A stretch of DNA of 64,000 nucleotides, taken from the NCBI GenBank assembly GCA_021735655.1, contig JAIPGM010000005.1, positions 32,001-96,000 on the forward strand, given 5' to 3'. This stretch comes from Candidatus Omnitrophota bacterium (GTDB lineage: Bacteria; Omnitrophota; Gorgyraeia; Duberdicusellales; 4484-171). Of this stretch, positions 1-9,411 are shown piece by piece. Under the pieces are notes generated by a model, which made no database searches, was not told where the DNA came from, and was given only the letters and a program-made list of their open reading frames with translations. The position numbers were made by a program, and so were the translations under genes. Positions within the stretch are counted from its first letter, which is position 1. Every line of letters starts with the position of its first letter.

Positions 1-1135
1 TCTCTTTAGGGAGCAGGTTAATTGCTGTCGCAGAAAAAAGAACCGCCCCAAGATTATTTAGCAGCTGAAGACGAGAATTATCTAACTTATCCTGGCCGAT
101 CTCGCCAAAATCAAAGTTTTCAAGAAAAGGCAAGCTTAAAACTTCCAAAGATAACTCTTTGGCCAGGTAACTATCTAAATTTTTTAAATTAGCGCCACCG
201 CCAACCAAGTACAGCTTGGAAGAAATCTCTTGATCAAGCTCAGAAACAAAATAATCAAAACTACGTTTTAATTCTTTAGCTAGAATCTCTAAATGTGGCC
301 GCATCAAAGAAATAACTTGAATCGCCTCAATATTGCCCTTGATAGCCTGGTTTTGACTTTTCGGAAAACCAAAGGTCTGCTTTATCTCCTCGGCCTCGGC
401 ATAACTAAGTTGAACTTTTCCTTTATCGGAAATAAGCGTTCCGGTTAAGTCTTGGGTAAGCTTTTCTGAAGAAAAAGGTATTTTTCGAGAAAATTTCAAA
501 GTATTATTAAGATAAATATAGAGACTACTCTGGTTGTAGCCAATATCAAGGATACTTTCAACTTTAAAACTTTCCGGCTGAGACTTTAAAATATTGCTAT
601 AATTAAAAGGCGCTAAGGAAACCTTTGATGGGGTAATATTGCATTCTTTTAATACCGATATATATTCATTAACCGCTTCTGCGTTAGCGACAGCAAAAAC
701 TATCTCGTTTTTCTTTACTTGCTCTTGATCGGTAAATTCTCTAATAACCTGCCACTCAATAGTCGCATCTTTTAAATCGAAGTTAAGCTCATCTTTCAGC
801 TGCCACTTAGCTGCTCCGATAATTTCAGCCTTAGGTAAAACCGGCAACTCAAGATTTTTTATTACTATTGAATCCGGGTCGGAAATAGTTAAACAAACTT
901 GGGCTTCCAAGATAGAATTTCTTTCTAAGAAAGATTTAATCAGCGCTATTAAGTCATCTTTTGTCTGATTAGTTAAAGATATTTTCTCAATTAATAAATC
1001 TTTGAGCTTAAACCTATTCCTGTATGGTTCTAAAAAAGAAATCTTTAAAAAAGCCTGGCCAAACTCAATAGATACCACTACCTTCGGCTTTTTTTGAAAA
1101 ATACTAGTTAAATTTGCAATAAGCCCATTAACCAT
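1..1135 (-). CDS. pilM: Type IV pilus assembly protein PilM-like (actin/FtsA-like fold); C-terminus runs off the window edge
   Basis: My own minus-strand translation from ATG at 1135-1133 stays open to position 1. The product MVNGLIANLTSIF...LVGGGANLKNLDSYLAKELSLEV...INLLPKE has the glycine-rich actin-like motif and PilM-like C-terminal region. It is absent from the ORF track because no stop falls inside the window. It lies directly downstream of the pilin genes. Confidence 0.6.
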   Translation of the reverse strand, partial: MVNGLIANLTSIFQKKPKVVVSIEFGQAFLKISFLEPYRNRFKLKDLLIEKISLTNQTKDDLIALIKSFLERNSILEAQVCLTISDPDSIVIKNLELPVLPKAEIIGAAKWQLKDELNFDLKDATIEWQVIREFTDQEQVKKNEIVFAVANAEAVNEYISVLKECNITPSKVSLAPFNYSNILKSQPESFKVESILDIGYNQSSLYIYLNNTLKFSRKIPFSSEKLTQDLTGTLISDKGKVQLSYAEAEEIKQTFGFPKSQNQAIKGNIEAIQVISLMRPHLEILAKELKRSFDYFVSELDQEISSKLYLVGGGANLKNLDSYLAKELSLEVLSLPFLENFDFGEIGQDKLDNSRLQLLNNLGAVLFSATAINLLPKE

Positions 1136-1375
1136 AAGTTTTTACTACATAGTAAGCAATAAACAATAATAAAATAGAAATTAGAATGCTCGAAACTCCT
1201 ATACCAACCCTTAAATTATAAACTGTTTCTTCAAAGGATACAAGGGCTTTATTGGTATACTCGGAAATCAATCTAAGTGTATCTGGGCAAATAAACAAAA
1301 CCATACCAAAAAAGGAAGGAAACTAAACCTACAACTATTTAAAAAACCATCATAGACCTCCTTTTATAAATATTA

Positions 1376-1972
1376 CTAAAAACTTTTAATTTCTACACTC
1401 TGGGTAAGGTCAACTGAACCTTGAAAATCATCAAAGTTGCCGGTTGCGGTTTTAACAGTAATACTAATGATTACTCGCCGGATATCGGTTAAAGCATCCA
1501 CCCCTAAAACCCAATCAGCATCAGAAGCCTTTTTATAACTAAAAATAACTCCTGTAGTATCCTTACCGTCAATAGTAAGTTCGGTTGGAATATAGTAAGG
1601 TACAACTGATTCAGCTGACCAGCTCCCACCACTATTGGTGCTAATTGAGCGGTAAATATGACCGTCACCACTGTCCCAACGAAACCGAACTGAAAGCACA
1701 ACTGCCGGGTAACCATAACTATAAGAAAATTGGGTACTCGAAGCATCGATTATGCTCCGAGTGTATCTTAAGCCCCGGGCATCAGGCGTACCCTCAATCA
1801 TTAGATTGCTAATTTCTTGAGCAATTTTTTGACAATCAAGCTGCCGCGGACTATAAATAAATAACTGAACAAAAAAAATCATCGCTCCAGCTACTACAGC
1901 AGCGACAATTGAAACTATCAACATAGTCATTATTAACTCAATTAAGGTCTCGCACTTTTTTATTTTTACCAT
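1376..1972 (-). CDS. Minor pilin / pseudopilin-like protein with a prepilin-type N-terminal helix
   Basis: N-terminus MVKIKKCETLIELIMTMLIVSIV matches the class III prepilin leader plus TLIELI hydrophobic helix with Glu at +5. The residue preceding the helix is Cys rather than Gly. It sits in the pilus operon. Confidence 0.55.
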   Translation of the reverse strand: MVKIKKCETLIELIMTMLIVSIVAAVVAGAMIFFVQLFIYSPRQLDCQKIAQEISNLMIEGTPDARGLRYTRSIIDASSTQFSYSYGYPAVVLSVRFRWDSGDGHIYRSISTNSGGSWSAESVVPYYIPTELTIDGKDTTGVIFSYKKASDADWVLGVDALTDIRRVIISITVKTATGNFDDFQGSVDLTQSVEIKSF

Positions 1973-2733
1973 GAGTAAGCTGTGGTTTCAGTTGCATCGC
2001 TCATTACAAACACTAGACTACTAACTGAGCTTAAATTTTTACTAAAAGTAAATAGACCAGTATTGTTATACGTTGCTCCAGCCGAAAGAGTAAAATTAGT
2101 ATCAAAAGTGATAGTTGATCCTGAACTCTGAGTACCGCTCCACCTTTGAGAACCGTCCATAGTAATAGTTTTAACCTTTATGCCGCTTGCACCGCTAAAA
2201 CTGATAGTTACTCCAGTAATAGTTATGCCGCTGCCACCAGTATTCTCTAAGGTAATATTCTGTAAATTCTTAGCCACTATACTTCCTCCGGATACTGCCA
2301 ATGAGTCTGCTTCGTTGCCACCCACCCCAGCAACGCCTCCACCGCTTCCAGAACCAAAAGAAGCATTAGCCAAGTAAGTGACTACTCTTGCTAGTTGGCT
2401 CGCGCTACCGCCCTCATAAACCGTAACTACAACTTTCTTTAAGGTACTGTTTGAACCAACAACAAAATCAACTTCACGTCTTAAATCCTGACTATAGCCC
2501 TCATAATTTGAAGTATTAGTATCATAACCATCAGCTAGAGTAATATTATCATAGGCTAAGCTATTAATCTTAGACATCTCAGTTTTAGCTAAACCTTCAG
2601 CAACCAACAGTTGACGAGAATAAGCTATTGAACGTATGTACTCCATAGTCATAATACTGCTTGGTATCACCACTATTGCTATAATTACTATAGCGATAAT
2701 TAACTCAATAAGGGTAACGCTCTTTCTTATCAT
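1966..2733 (-). CDS. Minor pilin-like protein with a prepilin-type N-terminus
   Basis: N-terminus MIRKSVTLIELIIAIVIIAIV has a TLIELI motif with Glu5 and Ser at -1. It has a Gly/Ser/Thr-rich C-terminal region. It overlaps its neighbours by 4-7 nt, consistent with operon coupling. Confidence 0.55.
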   Translation of the reverse strand: MIRKSVTLIELIIAIVIIAIVVIPSSIMTMEYIRSIAYSRQLLVAEGLAKTEMSKINSLAYDNITLADGYDTNTSNYEGYSQDLRREVDFVVGSNSTLKKVVVTVYEGGSASQLARVVTYLANASFGSGSGGGVAGVGGNEADSLAVSGGSIVAKNLQNITLENTGGSGITITGVTISFSGASGIKVKTITMDGSQRWSGTQSSGSTITFDTNFTLSAGATYNNTGLFTFSKNLSSVSSLVFVMSDATETTAYSW

Positions 2734-3500
2734 GGCAGTATGTGATCCTGTGATTCTTCCCAGGAGACAATCTTGCTAGTTCCTATATCATAAGCTGCCT
2801 TAAGAGTACGTCTCCAGGTATAATTTGTGACTATCTTACCAGTAGAAGTTATATTCATAACATTATCAGAAGTAAGACCAGAGTTTAAAAGCATAACTTC
2901 AACCGTACTCCCATCGCTAAAAGTAATAACTGCTGTAATAGTCATGGGAGTAATATCGCTGCCTATTTCCCAATCCAACCAAACATCATTCTCAGTTGTA
3001 CCAGCCGGTATTGTAAAATCAGCCATGTCAATGTTAGTTCCACTCTGAGCGGTTCCAGTCCACTCAGCAGTTGCCCGACCCAAATCTATACTAATTAAGT
3101 TCTCACCGGCATCAGGGGTCCAGCTTACCTGCACATGAGTTATAGTAAGATCACCACCGCTAACATTGGTCATGCTAACATTTTTCAATTTTCGATTAGC
3201 AATTATGTTTGTGGTGCTTGAATCAGCAATAAAAAACATGCCTGAGCCGCCAAAAGAATAATAAGTATTTGGGTCTATCGCAATATCGGCTTGAGCGCTA
3301 ACTAAACCATCAGCTTCGTAGTCAGCTACTGCCGCCATAACTCCGGCCTGAGCAGCATAAAAAGCCTTTTGCTGATCAATGCTAGCGATATTATACTCTA
3401 AGGCTTGACTTATATAGACTACAATACCTAAGGCTACTATAGCCATTAAAACAACTATAATGATTACTGCAATTAAAGCAAAACTCTTATGTTTGATCAT
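2730..3500 (-). CDS. PilX-like minor pilin (prepilin-like N-terminal helix without Glu5)
   Basis: N-terminus MIKHKSFALIAVIIIVVLMAIVALGIV is a charged leader followed by a hydrophobic helix that lacks Glu5, as in PilX/FimU-like minor pilins. It lies directly downstream of pilA. Confidence 0.45.
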   Translation of the reverse strand: MIKHKSFALIAVIIIVVLMAIVALGIVVYISQALEYNIASIDQQKAFYAAQAGVMAAVADYEADGLVSAQADIAIDPNTYYSFGGSGMFFIADSSTTNIIANRKLKNVSMTNVSGGDLTITHVQVSWTPDAGENLISIDLGRATAEWTGTAQSGTNIDMADFTIPAGTTENDVWLDWEIGSDITPMTITAVITFSDGSTVEVMLLNSGLTSDNVMNITSTGKIVTNYTWRRTLKAAYDIGTSKIVSWEESQDHILP

Positions 3501-3523
3501 TGTTAACTAACAATAATGACAGT

Positions 3524-3565
3524 AAAAAGGGGGCAGAGAAATTAGAATGTTAATTTTCTGCCCCC
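3524..3565 (-). terminator. Strong hairpin plus T-tract immediately downstream of pilA (intrinsic terminator/attenuator)
   Basis: The GGGGGCAGAGAAATT...AATTTTCTGCCCCC inverted repeat at 3529..3565 is followed on the minus strand by TTTTT. Confidence 0.6.
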
Positions 3566-3591
3566 TGCTTCTTCATAATCAATTAAACTCT

Positions 3592-3969
3592 TTATTGAAA
3601 CGTTCCGTTGGCAACAGTGTAGTTGTAAACAGTACCGGTCGGACCAGTATAGTTAACACCTGAGGCCCTGCTCCAATCCTGAGTTACTCCTTGAGCCAAT
3701 ACATTCTCAAAGCAAGGATCAGCTACGCTGCAAGTAGTATTATTATTATCCCCAAGAGTAGTCGGCCAAGCACAAGTCCCACCGGCACAAGCATTAGCAT
3801 AAAAAGTTGCTATGCCAGAGCGCACACCGCCGATTATACCCTTCTCGGCAGCTATCTGGGCTTGAGATTGAAGATCGTAGTATTTAGGAATAGCTACCGC
3901 AGCTAAGATTCCCAAAATAACAATGATCATGATTAGCTCGATCAAAGTAAAACCTTTTCTCATAAACAC
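3592..3969 (-). CDS. pilA: Type IV major pilin (PilA-like)
   Basis: Canonical prepilin signal MFMRKGFTLIELIMIIVILGILAAVAIP (G-1, F+1, E+5). The protein is 125 aa with several Cys in the C-terminal half. It is followed by a strong hairpin. Confidence 0.85.
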   Translation of the reverse strand: MFMRKGFTLIELIMIIVILGILAAVAIPKYYDLQSQAQIAAEKGIIGGVRSGIATFYANACAGGTCAWPTTLGDNNNTTCSVADPCFENVLAQGVTQDWSRASGVNYTGPTGTVYNYTVANGTFQ

Positions 3970-3973
3970 CTCC

Positions 3974-5191
3974 TTATCGTTTAAAAATTGCCATTAAATT
4001 CCACATTGGTAAAAATATTCCCAGAGCCATAAAAAGAACACCACAGCCTAAAACAAGTATCATTATCGGCTCAATCAAGGAACTAAAATTTTCAATTGTA
4101 TATTCAATCTGGCTATCGTAATAGTCAGAAACAAATAAAAGTAGTTCATCAACTCTACCGGAATCTTCACCTACTGCAACCATTTGAGTTACTACCGGAG
4201 CAAACATTCCACTCTTCTTCATTGGATTGGCAATTCCCTCTCCCTCATTGACCGAAGTCCGGATATCATTTATCGTCTTTTCAATCACTGCATTGCCTAT
4301 ACCACCGGAAGAAAGCTCCAAAACCCGCAAAATTGGCACGCCTGAATGCATCAGAGTGCCGGTGGCCCGGCAGAAACGAGACATATACATTTTCAAAAAT
4401 AACGGCCCAAAAACCGGAACCTTTAATTTAAATTTATCCCATAAAAATCGCCCGCCTTTCGTATTGATATATTTGTAAAAAGAAAAAATAACTATACCTA
4501 ACAAAATCCCGGTAAGCCACCAATATTGACTGACCGCAGTATTAATCCAAATAAGCACCCGGGTTGGTAAAGGTAAAACTATATTAGCCGCTGAGTAAAT
4601 CTTAACAAAACGAGGAATTACAAAAATGATCAGAATAAAAAAAGCAATCGCCATAGCGCAAACTACCATCATCGGATAACGAGTTGCGCTCTTAATCTGC
4701 ATCTTTATTTTTTCTTCATGGACTCCTAAGGCGCTTAAGCGCTCTAAGGATTCACCTAGGGTTCCACTTTCCTCAGCCGACTTAAGCATATTAGTATAAA
4801 GCGGACTGAAAACTTTCGGGTGTCTCTCAAGAGCGCTTGATAAGTCATTGCCCTCTCTTATTTCTCGAGACACCGCTTCTAAGGTTTTTTTAAAAAGTTT
4901 ATTACTAGTTTGATCACCGAGTGCCACTAGGCTTGAAAGAATAGTTACTCCAGCCCGTTGCAAAGTTGCAAACTGACGAGTAAACATATTAATTTCAGAA
5001 AGTTTAACCTTTTTAAACCGGCGTAACAACTCATTTAAAAAATTAGCTTCCTTACTCGACTCTTCTATAGTTACAGGCAAATAGTCCATTTCTTTAAGCT
5101 TATTAGCAACTGCATTTTCGGTTTCAGCTTCCATTGAACCGGTGACCAGCTTACCTTGTTTGTCGCGAGCCTTGTATTGAAATTCAGCCAT
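3974..5191 (-). CDS. pilC: Type IV pilus platform protein PilC (GspF family)
   Basis: 405 aa with two GspF-like repeats and three TM helices. It is adjacent to pilB and pilA. Confidence 0.85.
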   Translation of the reverse strand: MAEFQYKARDKQGKLVTGSMEAETENAVANKLKEMDYLPVTIEESSKEANFLNELLRRFKKVKLSEINMFTRQFATLQRAGVTILSSLVALGDQTSNKLFKKTLEAVSREIREGNDLSSALERHPKVFSPLYTNMLKSAEESGTLGESLERLSALGVHEEKIKMQIKSATRYPMMVVCAMAIAFFILIIFVIPRFVKIYSAANIVLPLPTRVLIWINTAVSQYWWLTGILLGIVIFSFYKYINTKGGRFLWDKFKLKVPVFGPLFLKMYMSRFCRATGTLMHSGVPILRVLELSSGGIGNAVIEKTINDIRTSVNEGEGIANPMKKSGMFAPVVTQMVAVGEDSGRVDELLLFVSDYYDSQIEYTIENFSSLIEPIMILVLGCGVLFMALGIFLPMWNLMAIFKR

Positions 5192-6864
5192 TACTTAACC
5201 TTGGTTACCTTTAATACTTCTTCCGCTGTAGTAATACCCTGACTTACCTTCTCTAAGCCGTCCTCGCTTAAGGTTTTTATCCAACCTGAGGCTACGGCCC
5301 TTTCTAATATCTTATCAGCTGATTGTTTTTCATTAACCATATTGCGTATCTCATCGTTAATAGTGAAAAACTCATAGATTCCAGTTCTTCCCATAAATCC
5401 AGTATTATCGCATTTTTTGCAACCCTTGCCACGATAAAATAAATTCTTGATTTTAACACCTAAATCTTTCAAAATAGACTCTGATGGTTTATACTCTTCT
5501 TTACACTTATCACAAATTACTCTCACTAATCTTTGAGCAATAACCCCAATAACCGAGCTAGAAACTAAAAACGGTTCAACCCCCATATCAACCAAACGGG
5601 TTAAAGATGATACAGCATCATTAGTGTGTAGTGTCGAAAGAACCAAATGTCCGGTAAGCGAAGCTCTAATTGCAATCTCAGCGGTTTCCTTATCACGAAT
5701 TTCACCAACCATAATCACATCCGGATCCTGACGCAAAATTGCTCGAAGACCTTCAGCAAAAGTAACACCAATTTTAGAATTTACCTGGGTCTGGCGTATT
5801 AAAGGCAATTCATATTCAACTGGATCCTCAATAGTAATAATATTTTTATCAATTGAATTAATAGTAGTTAGAGCTGCATAAAGAGTAGTAGTTTTTCCGC
5901 TTCCGGTAGGCCCAGTTACTAGAATAATTCCATTAGGCCGATGGATAAGTTTATTAAGTGCCTCTAGACTTTCATTAGATAAACCTAGATCTTTAAGCCC
6001 TAAAACAACTGACGACTTATCTAAAATTCTCATTACCACATTCTCTCCGTGAACTGTCGGAAAAGTTGAAACTCTGATGTCAATATCCCGATTTTCTATC
6101 TTTAAACGAATTTTTCCATCTTGGGGCCGGCGATTCTCAGCAATATCTAAATTAGCCAAAATTTTAATTCGCGAGGTTAAAGCTCGATTTAAGGCTTTGG
6201 GTAAATTGTGGGACTCACGGAGAACTCCATCAACTCGGTTGCGGACCAGTAAAGTTTTAGCTTCTGGTTCAATATGAATATCCGAAGCCCGTTCCTTCAC
6301 TGCCTTAGAAATAATTAAGCTAACCAATTTTACTACCGGAGCTTCTTCGGCAATTTCAGCTAAATCCTTATCGTCCTTGACTGAAATTCTTTCAGTATCG
6401 ATAGAATCAACGATTTCGTCAACTGTAGATGAACCACCATAATAGATATCTAAAATCTTTTGAATCCCGGTCTCAGAGGCTACAACCGGATCAATAGCAT
6501 CCATCTGGCTCATCTTACGAGCCTGATCCAAAGCTACTATGTCCTGAGGGTTAAACATAGCTACGGTTAAACTAGTACCAACCTTAAATAAAGGCACCAT
6601 TTTATATTTTTTAGCTAATTTTTCAGGAATTAACTTGGTTAATTCTGAATCAATAACGTATTCGCCTAAATCCATATAGGGCACACCTAAAGCTTTAGCC
6701 CTAACTTCAGCAATACTTTCCTCACTGATAAACTTTAACTTTTCCAAAGCCTTAATAATCGAAAGGCCAGTACGCCTGGTCTCGATCGTTGCCTGATCGA
6801 GCTGTTCCTGAGTAATCAAATTCTCTTTTAGTAATAAATCAGCTATCTCTTGTTTTTTAGCCAT
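5191..6864 (-). CDS. pilB: Type IV pilus assembly ATPase PilB (GspE family)
   Basis: GspE N-terminal domain, Walker A GPTGSGKTTTLYAAL and a tetracysteine motif CDKCKEEY...CKKCDNTG. A GGAGAG RBS lies upstream. The start overlaps the pilC stop. Confidence 0.9.
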   Translation of the reverse strand: MAKKQEIADLLLKENLITQEQLDQATIETRRTGLSIIKALEKLKFISEESIAEVRAKALGVPYMDLGEYVIDSELTKLIPEKLAKKYKMVPLFKVGTSLTVAMFNPQDIVALDQARKMSQMDAIDPVVASETGIQKILDIYYGGSSTVDEIVDSIDTERISVKDDKDLAEIAEEAPVVKLVSLIISKAVKERASDIHIEPEAKTLLVRNRVDGVLRESHNLPKALNRALTSRIKILANLDIAENRRPQDGKIRLKIENRDIDIRVSTFPTVHGENVVMRILDKSSVVLGLKDLGLSNESLEALNKLIHRPNGIILVTGPTGSGKTTTLYAALTTINSIDKNIITIEDPVEYELPLIRQTQVNSKIGVTFAEGLRAILRQDPDVIMVGEIRDKETAEIAIRASLTGHLVLSTLHTNDAVSSLTRLVDMGVEPFLVSSSVIGVIAQRLVRVICDKCKEEYKPSESILKDLGVKIKNLFYRGKGCKKCDNTGFMGRTGIYEFFTINDEIRNMVNEKQSADKILERAVASGWIKTLSEDGLEKVSQGITTAEEVLKVTKVK

Positions 6865-6884
6865 TATCTCTCCAATTATTGTAT

Positions 6885-8216
6885 TTATCTACGTATCCTC
6901 AAATTCTTAGGAAGAGTGACTGTAAAAGTTGTCCCTTTGTTAATTTCAGAATCAACGAAGGTCTCTCCTCCGTGCATCTCAACAATATCCTTAACGATCG
7001 ATAAGCCCAAGCCGCTACCTTTAACTTTATCCTTAGAATACCCTTCGATTCTTTTGAATCGATCAAAAATTTTGTCTAAATCTTGCTTCGGCATACCAAT
7101 GCCAGTATCAGAAACGATAATCTTTACATTTTTTTCAGTATCTTCAAGTTTCAGGTTAATCTTACCCTTTGGTTTGTTATATTTTATAGCATTGTCGATA
7201 AAGTTTGAGATAACTTCATAAAGCTTATCTTCGTCCCCCCAAATTTCTATTTTTCTATTTGGCAAAGAAATCTTGATGTCGACTTCCTTTTTTTGGGCCA
7301 GCGGCCTAAGGGTTGCTACTGCTAATTCAGCTATCCTTCCTATATCAAAAAGGGTTCTTTTCATCTCCCTAGTTTCAGCATCTACTTTTGAAAAATCTAG
7401 CAAATCATCAATTAGGCGACTTAGACGACTAATGCTTTGAACCGCCAAGCTTAAAAGTTTTTTCTGCTGGCTATTAATATTTCCAGCTATTTCCTCTAGA
7501 ATAATCCCTACCGATTCTTTAATTGCCGTCAAGGGCGTGCGTAACTCATGAGATACATTAGCAATAAAATTGGCCCTTAGGTCATCTAAATGCTTTGTGT
7601 CTTCTCTGAGACGAGAATTAGTGACCGCTAAGGCAGCTAAATCGGCTAACTTGCTTAAAATATCAAGGTCTTCTTCATTGAAAACACCTTTAGAAATTTT
7701 ATTGTTAACATTTATCACCCCAATAACCTTATCTTGTATTTTTAAAGGAACGCTTAATAAAGAATTGGTATTATACTTCCCGTTACGTTTAGAAAAGCGC
7801 GGATCTTTGCTGATATCTTTAACTAATAAAGACTGCCCAGTTTGGGCAACCCAACCAGAAACGCCTTCACCTAGCTTAACTTTTACGTTCTTAATAATCT
7901 CTTTATCTAGACCTTTAGCAAACTTGATTAGCATCTCGCCGGTATTTTTTCCAACCAACATAAGTGAAACAATCCCAACTGACATTACATTAGCGATTCT
8001 ATCCACAAGCATATTAAGAGTTTTCTCTAAATTAAAATTACCGGATATTTCTTTACTAATATTATAAGCCATCGTTAATTTAAAAAGTTCTTTCTCTAAA
8101 AAATCTCGGTTTTCTTTACTTAAGCTACTCTTAAAATCTTTTAAATTAACTAAAGATTTAGTAACCTCTGTTATCGACTTCTTGCGCTTAAACAAACGTG
8201 CGACCGTATTAATCAT
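6885..8216 (-). CDS. Sensor histidine kinase with GAF domain (soluble)
   Basis: GAF-like N-terminal region, HisKA H-box HELRTPLTAIKES and HATPase G-boxes DTGIGMP / GSGLGLSIVK. No TM segments. Confidence 0.85.
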   Translation of the reverse strand: MINTVARLFKRKKSITEVTKSLVNLKDFKSSLSKENRDFLEKELFKLTMAYNISKEISGNFNLEKTLNMLVDRIANVMSVGIVSLMLVGKNTGEMLIKFAKGLDKEIIKNVKVKLGEGVSGWVAQTGQSLLVKDISKDPRFSKRNGKYNTNSLLSVPLKIQDKVIGVINVNNKISKGVFNEEDLDILSKLADLAALAVTNSRLREDTKHLDDLRANFIANVSHELRTPLTAIKESVGIILEEIAGNINSQQKKLLSLAVQSISRLSRLIDDLLDFSKVDAETREMKRTLFDIGRIAELAVATLRPLAQKKEVDIKISLPNRKIEIWGDEDKLYEVISNFIDNAIKYNKPKGKINLKLEDTEKNVKIIVSDTGIGMPKQDLDKIFDRFKRIEGYSKDKVKGSGLGLSIVKDIVEMHGGETFVDSEINKGTTFTVTLPKNLRIRR

Positions 8217-8638
8217 GCTTGTTCTCCAGTCAACTCTTTAATCTTATCTAGTAAAACCTTAGGCTCAAAAGGCTTAACTATATAAGCATCAGCCCCAACT
8301 TCTTGCCCCATTTTCTTATCACTATCTTGAGCCCGGGCCGTAAAAAGAATAATCGGTATGCTTTTATACTTTTCATCAAATTTAAGCATTCGGCAGACTT
8401 TATAACCATCAACCTTAGGAAGCATTAAGTCTAAAATAATTAAATCCGGATTACTCTTCTTTGCTTTGTCCAACGCCTCCTGGCCATCATAAGCAAATAG
8501 AACATCATAACCGCTAGCTTCTAGCCTCATCTTTAACATCTCAACCAACGCTGCTTCATCGTCAACTACGAGTATTTTTTTTGCCATCTTGCTCTCCCCT
8601 TTTAAATCCTGATAAATTAACTTTTGTTTTATTGACAA
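8213..8638 (-). CDS. Single-domain response regulator (CheY-like receiver only)
   Basis: KILVVDDE...DLIILDLMLPKVDGY...K receiver signature with no output domain. ATGA overlap with the upstream kinase. The true start may be the internal Met in MAKKILVV. Confidence 0.8.
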   Translation of the reverse strand: MSIKQKLIYQDLKGESKMAKKILVVDDEAALVEMLKMRLEASGYDVLFAYDGQEALDKAKKSNPDLIILDLMLPKVDGYKVCRMLKFDEKYKSIPIILFTARAQDSDKKMGQEVGADAYIVKPFEPKVLLDKIKELTGEQA

Positions 8639-9009
8639 TACTTATCTGCTACGCTTAAAACCTTATTTATATTTTTAACCTCTTGGGACAAATCTCCAGT
8701 TTTAACAATAAACCCCGAAGCACCCATATCTTTTGCTTTATCGAAAAGTTTCTGATCAGAATAAGCAGTTATAATGAATATCGGTAAATGCTTATCATGT
8801 TTTCTGATTTTTTTTAAGGTGTCTAGACCATTAAGCTTAGGCATTAATATATCAAGTAATACCACGTCCAGCCTTTCATTCTTTATCTTCTCTAAACCCT
8901 CCTTGCCATCAGAAGCAGTGATAACTTCATAATTATTCTCTTTTAGCCTCTGGCTAATCAGATCTAAAAAATCTGGTTCATCGTCCACAACCAATATCTT
9001 TTTTTTCAT
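8629..9009 (-). CDS. Single-domain response regulator (receiver only)
   Basis: MKKKILVVDDEPDF...VVLLDILMPKLNGLD receiver motifs. 126 aa. Confidence 0.85.
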   Translation of the reverse strand: MKKKILVVDDEPDFLDLISQRLKENNYEVITASDGKEGLEKIKNERLDVVLLDILMPKLNGLDTLKKIRKHDKHLPIFIITAYSDQKLFDKAKDMGASGFIVKTGDLSQEVKNINKVLSVADKYCQ

Positions 9010-9030
9010 CGAACACCTCGCTTTTGATTC

Positions 9031-9402
9031 CTAATCATCTTTCTTAATTTTCTTTAAAATACTTTCTATTTCTTCTTTAATATTACCATCTTTAACGATA
9101 AACCCGGTTGCCCCTGCTCTTTTAGCCTCTTCTTTTCGATTCTCGGTGGAAAAAGATGTCAACATAAATACTGGCAACTTCTTATGTTTATTTCTTATTA
9201 TCTCTAAAGCCGACATTCCGTCAAGTACCGGCATCAATATATCTAAAAAGACTATGTCAGGACTATCACTCTCTACCTTCTCTACTCCTTTCTGACCATT
9301 AACAGCGCTACATATCTCACAATTATTAGCCTCTAATCTAACTTTCATTATCTCCACGAAAACCGGATCATCATCAACAAGTAAAACTTTAAGTTTAGGC
9401 AT
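9031..9402 (-). CDS. Single-domain response regulator (receiver only)
   Basis: LKVLLVDDDPVF...IVFLDILMPVLDGMS receiver motifs. 123 aa. Confidence 0.85.
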   Translation of the reverse strand: MPKLKVLLVDDDPVFVEIMKVRLEANNCEICSAVNGQKGVEKVESDSPDIVFLDILMPVLDGMSALEIIRNKHKKLPVFMLTSFSTENRKEEAKRAGATGFIVKDGNIKEEIESILKKIKKDD

Positions 9403-9411
9403 AACTACCCC

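Noticed and set aside
1340-1360. AAAGGAGG followed by ATGATGGTTTTTTAA mini-ORF just after the pseudopilin stop
   Set aside because: It encodes only 3-4 codons. It is more likely a fortuitous SD-like sequence than a leader peptide.
2180-2377. Plus-strand ORFs embedded in the pilin genes (2180..2377, 2827..3048, 3691..3906, 4227..4478)
   Set aside because: These are shadow ORFs antisense to well-supported minus-strand genes. Their products are low-complexity and no RBS is present.
7570-8067. 165-aa plus-strand ORF inside the GAF kinase gene, and the similar ORFs at 6077..6277 and 6850..7221
   Set aside because: These are antisense shadow ORFs. The translation is Ser/Leu-rich with no motifs, while the minus-strand frame encodes clear kinase motifs.
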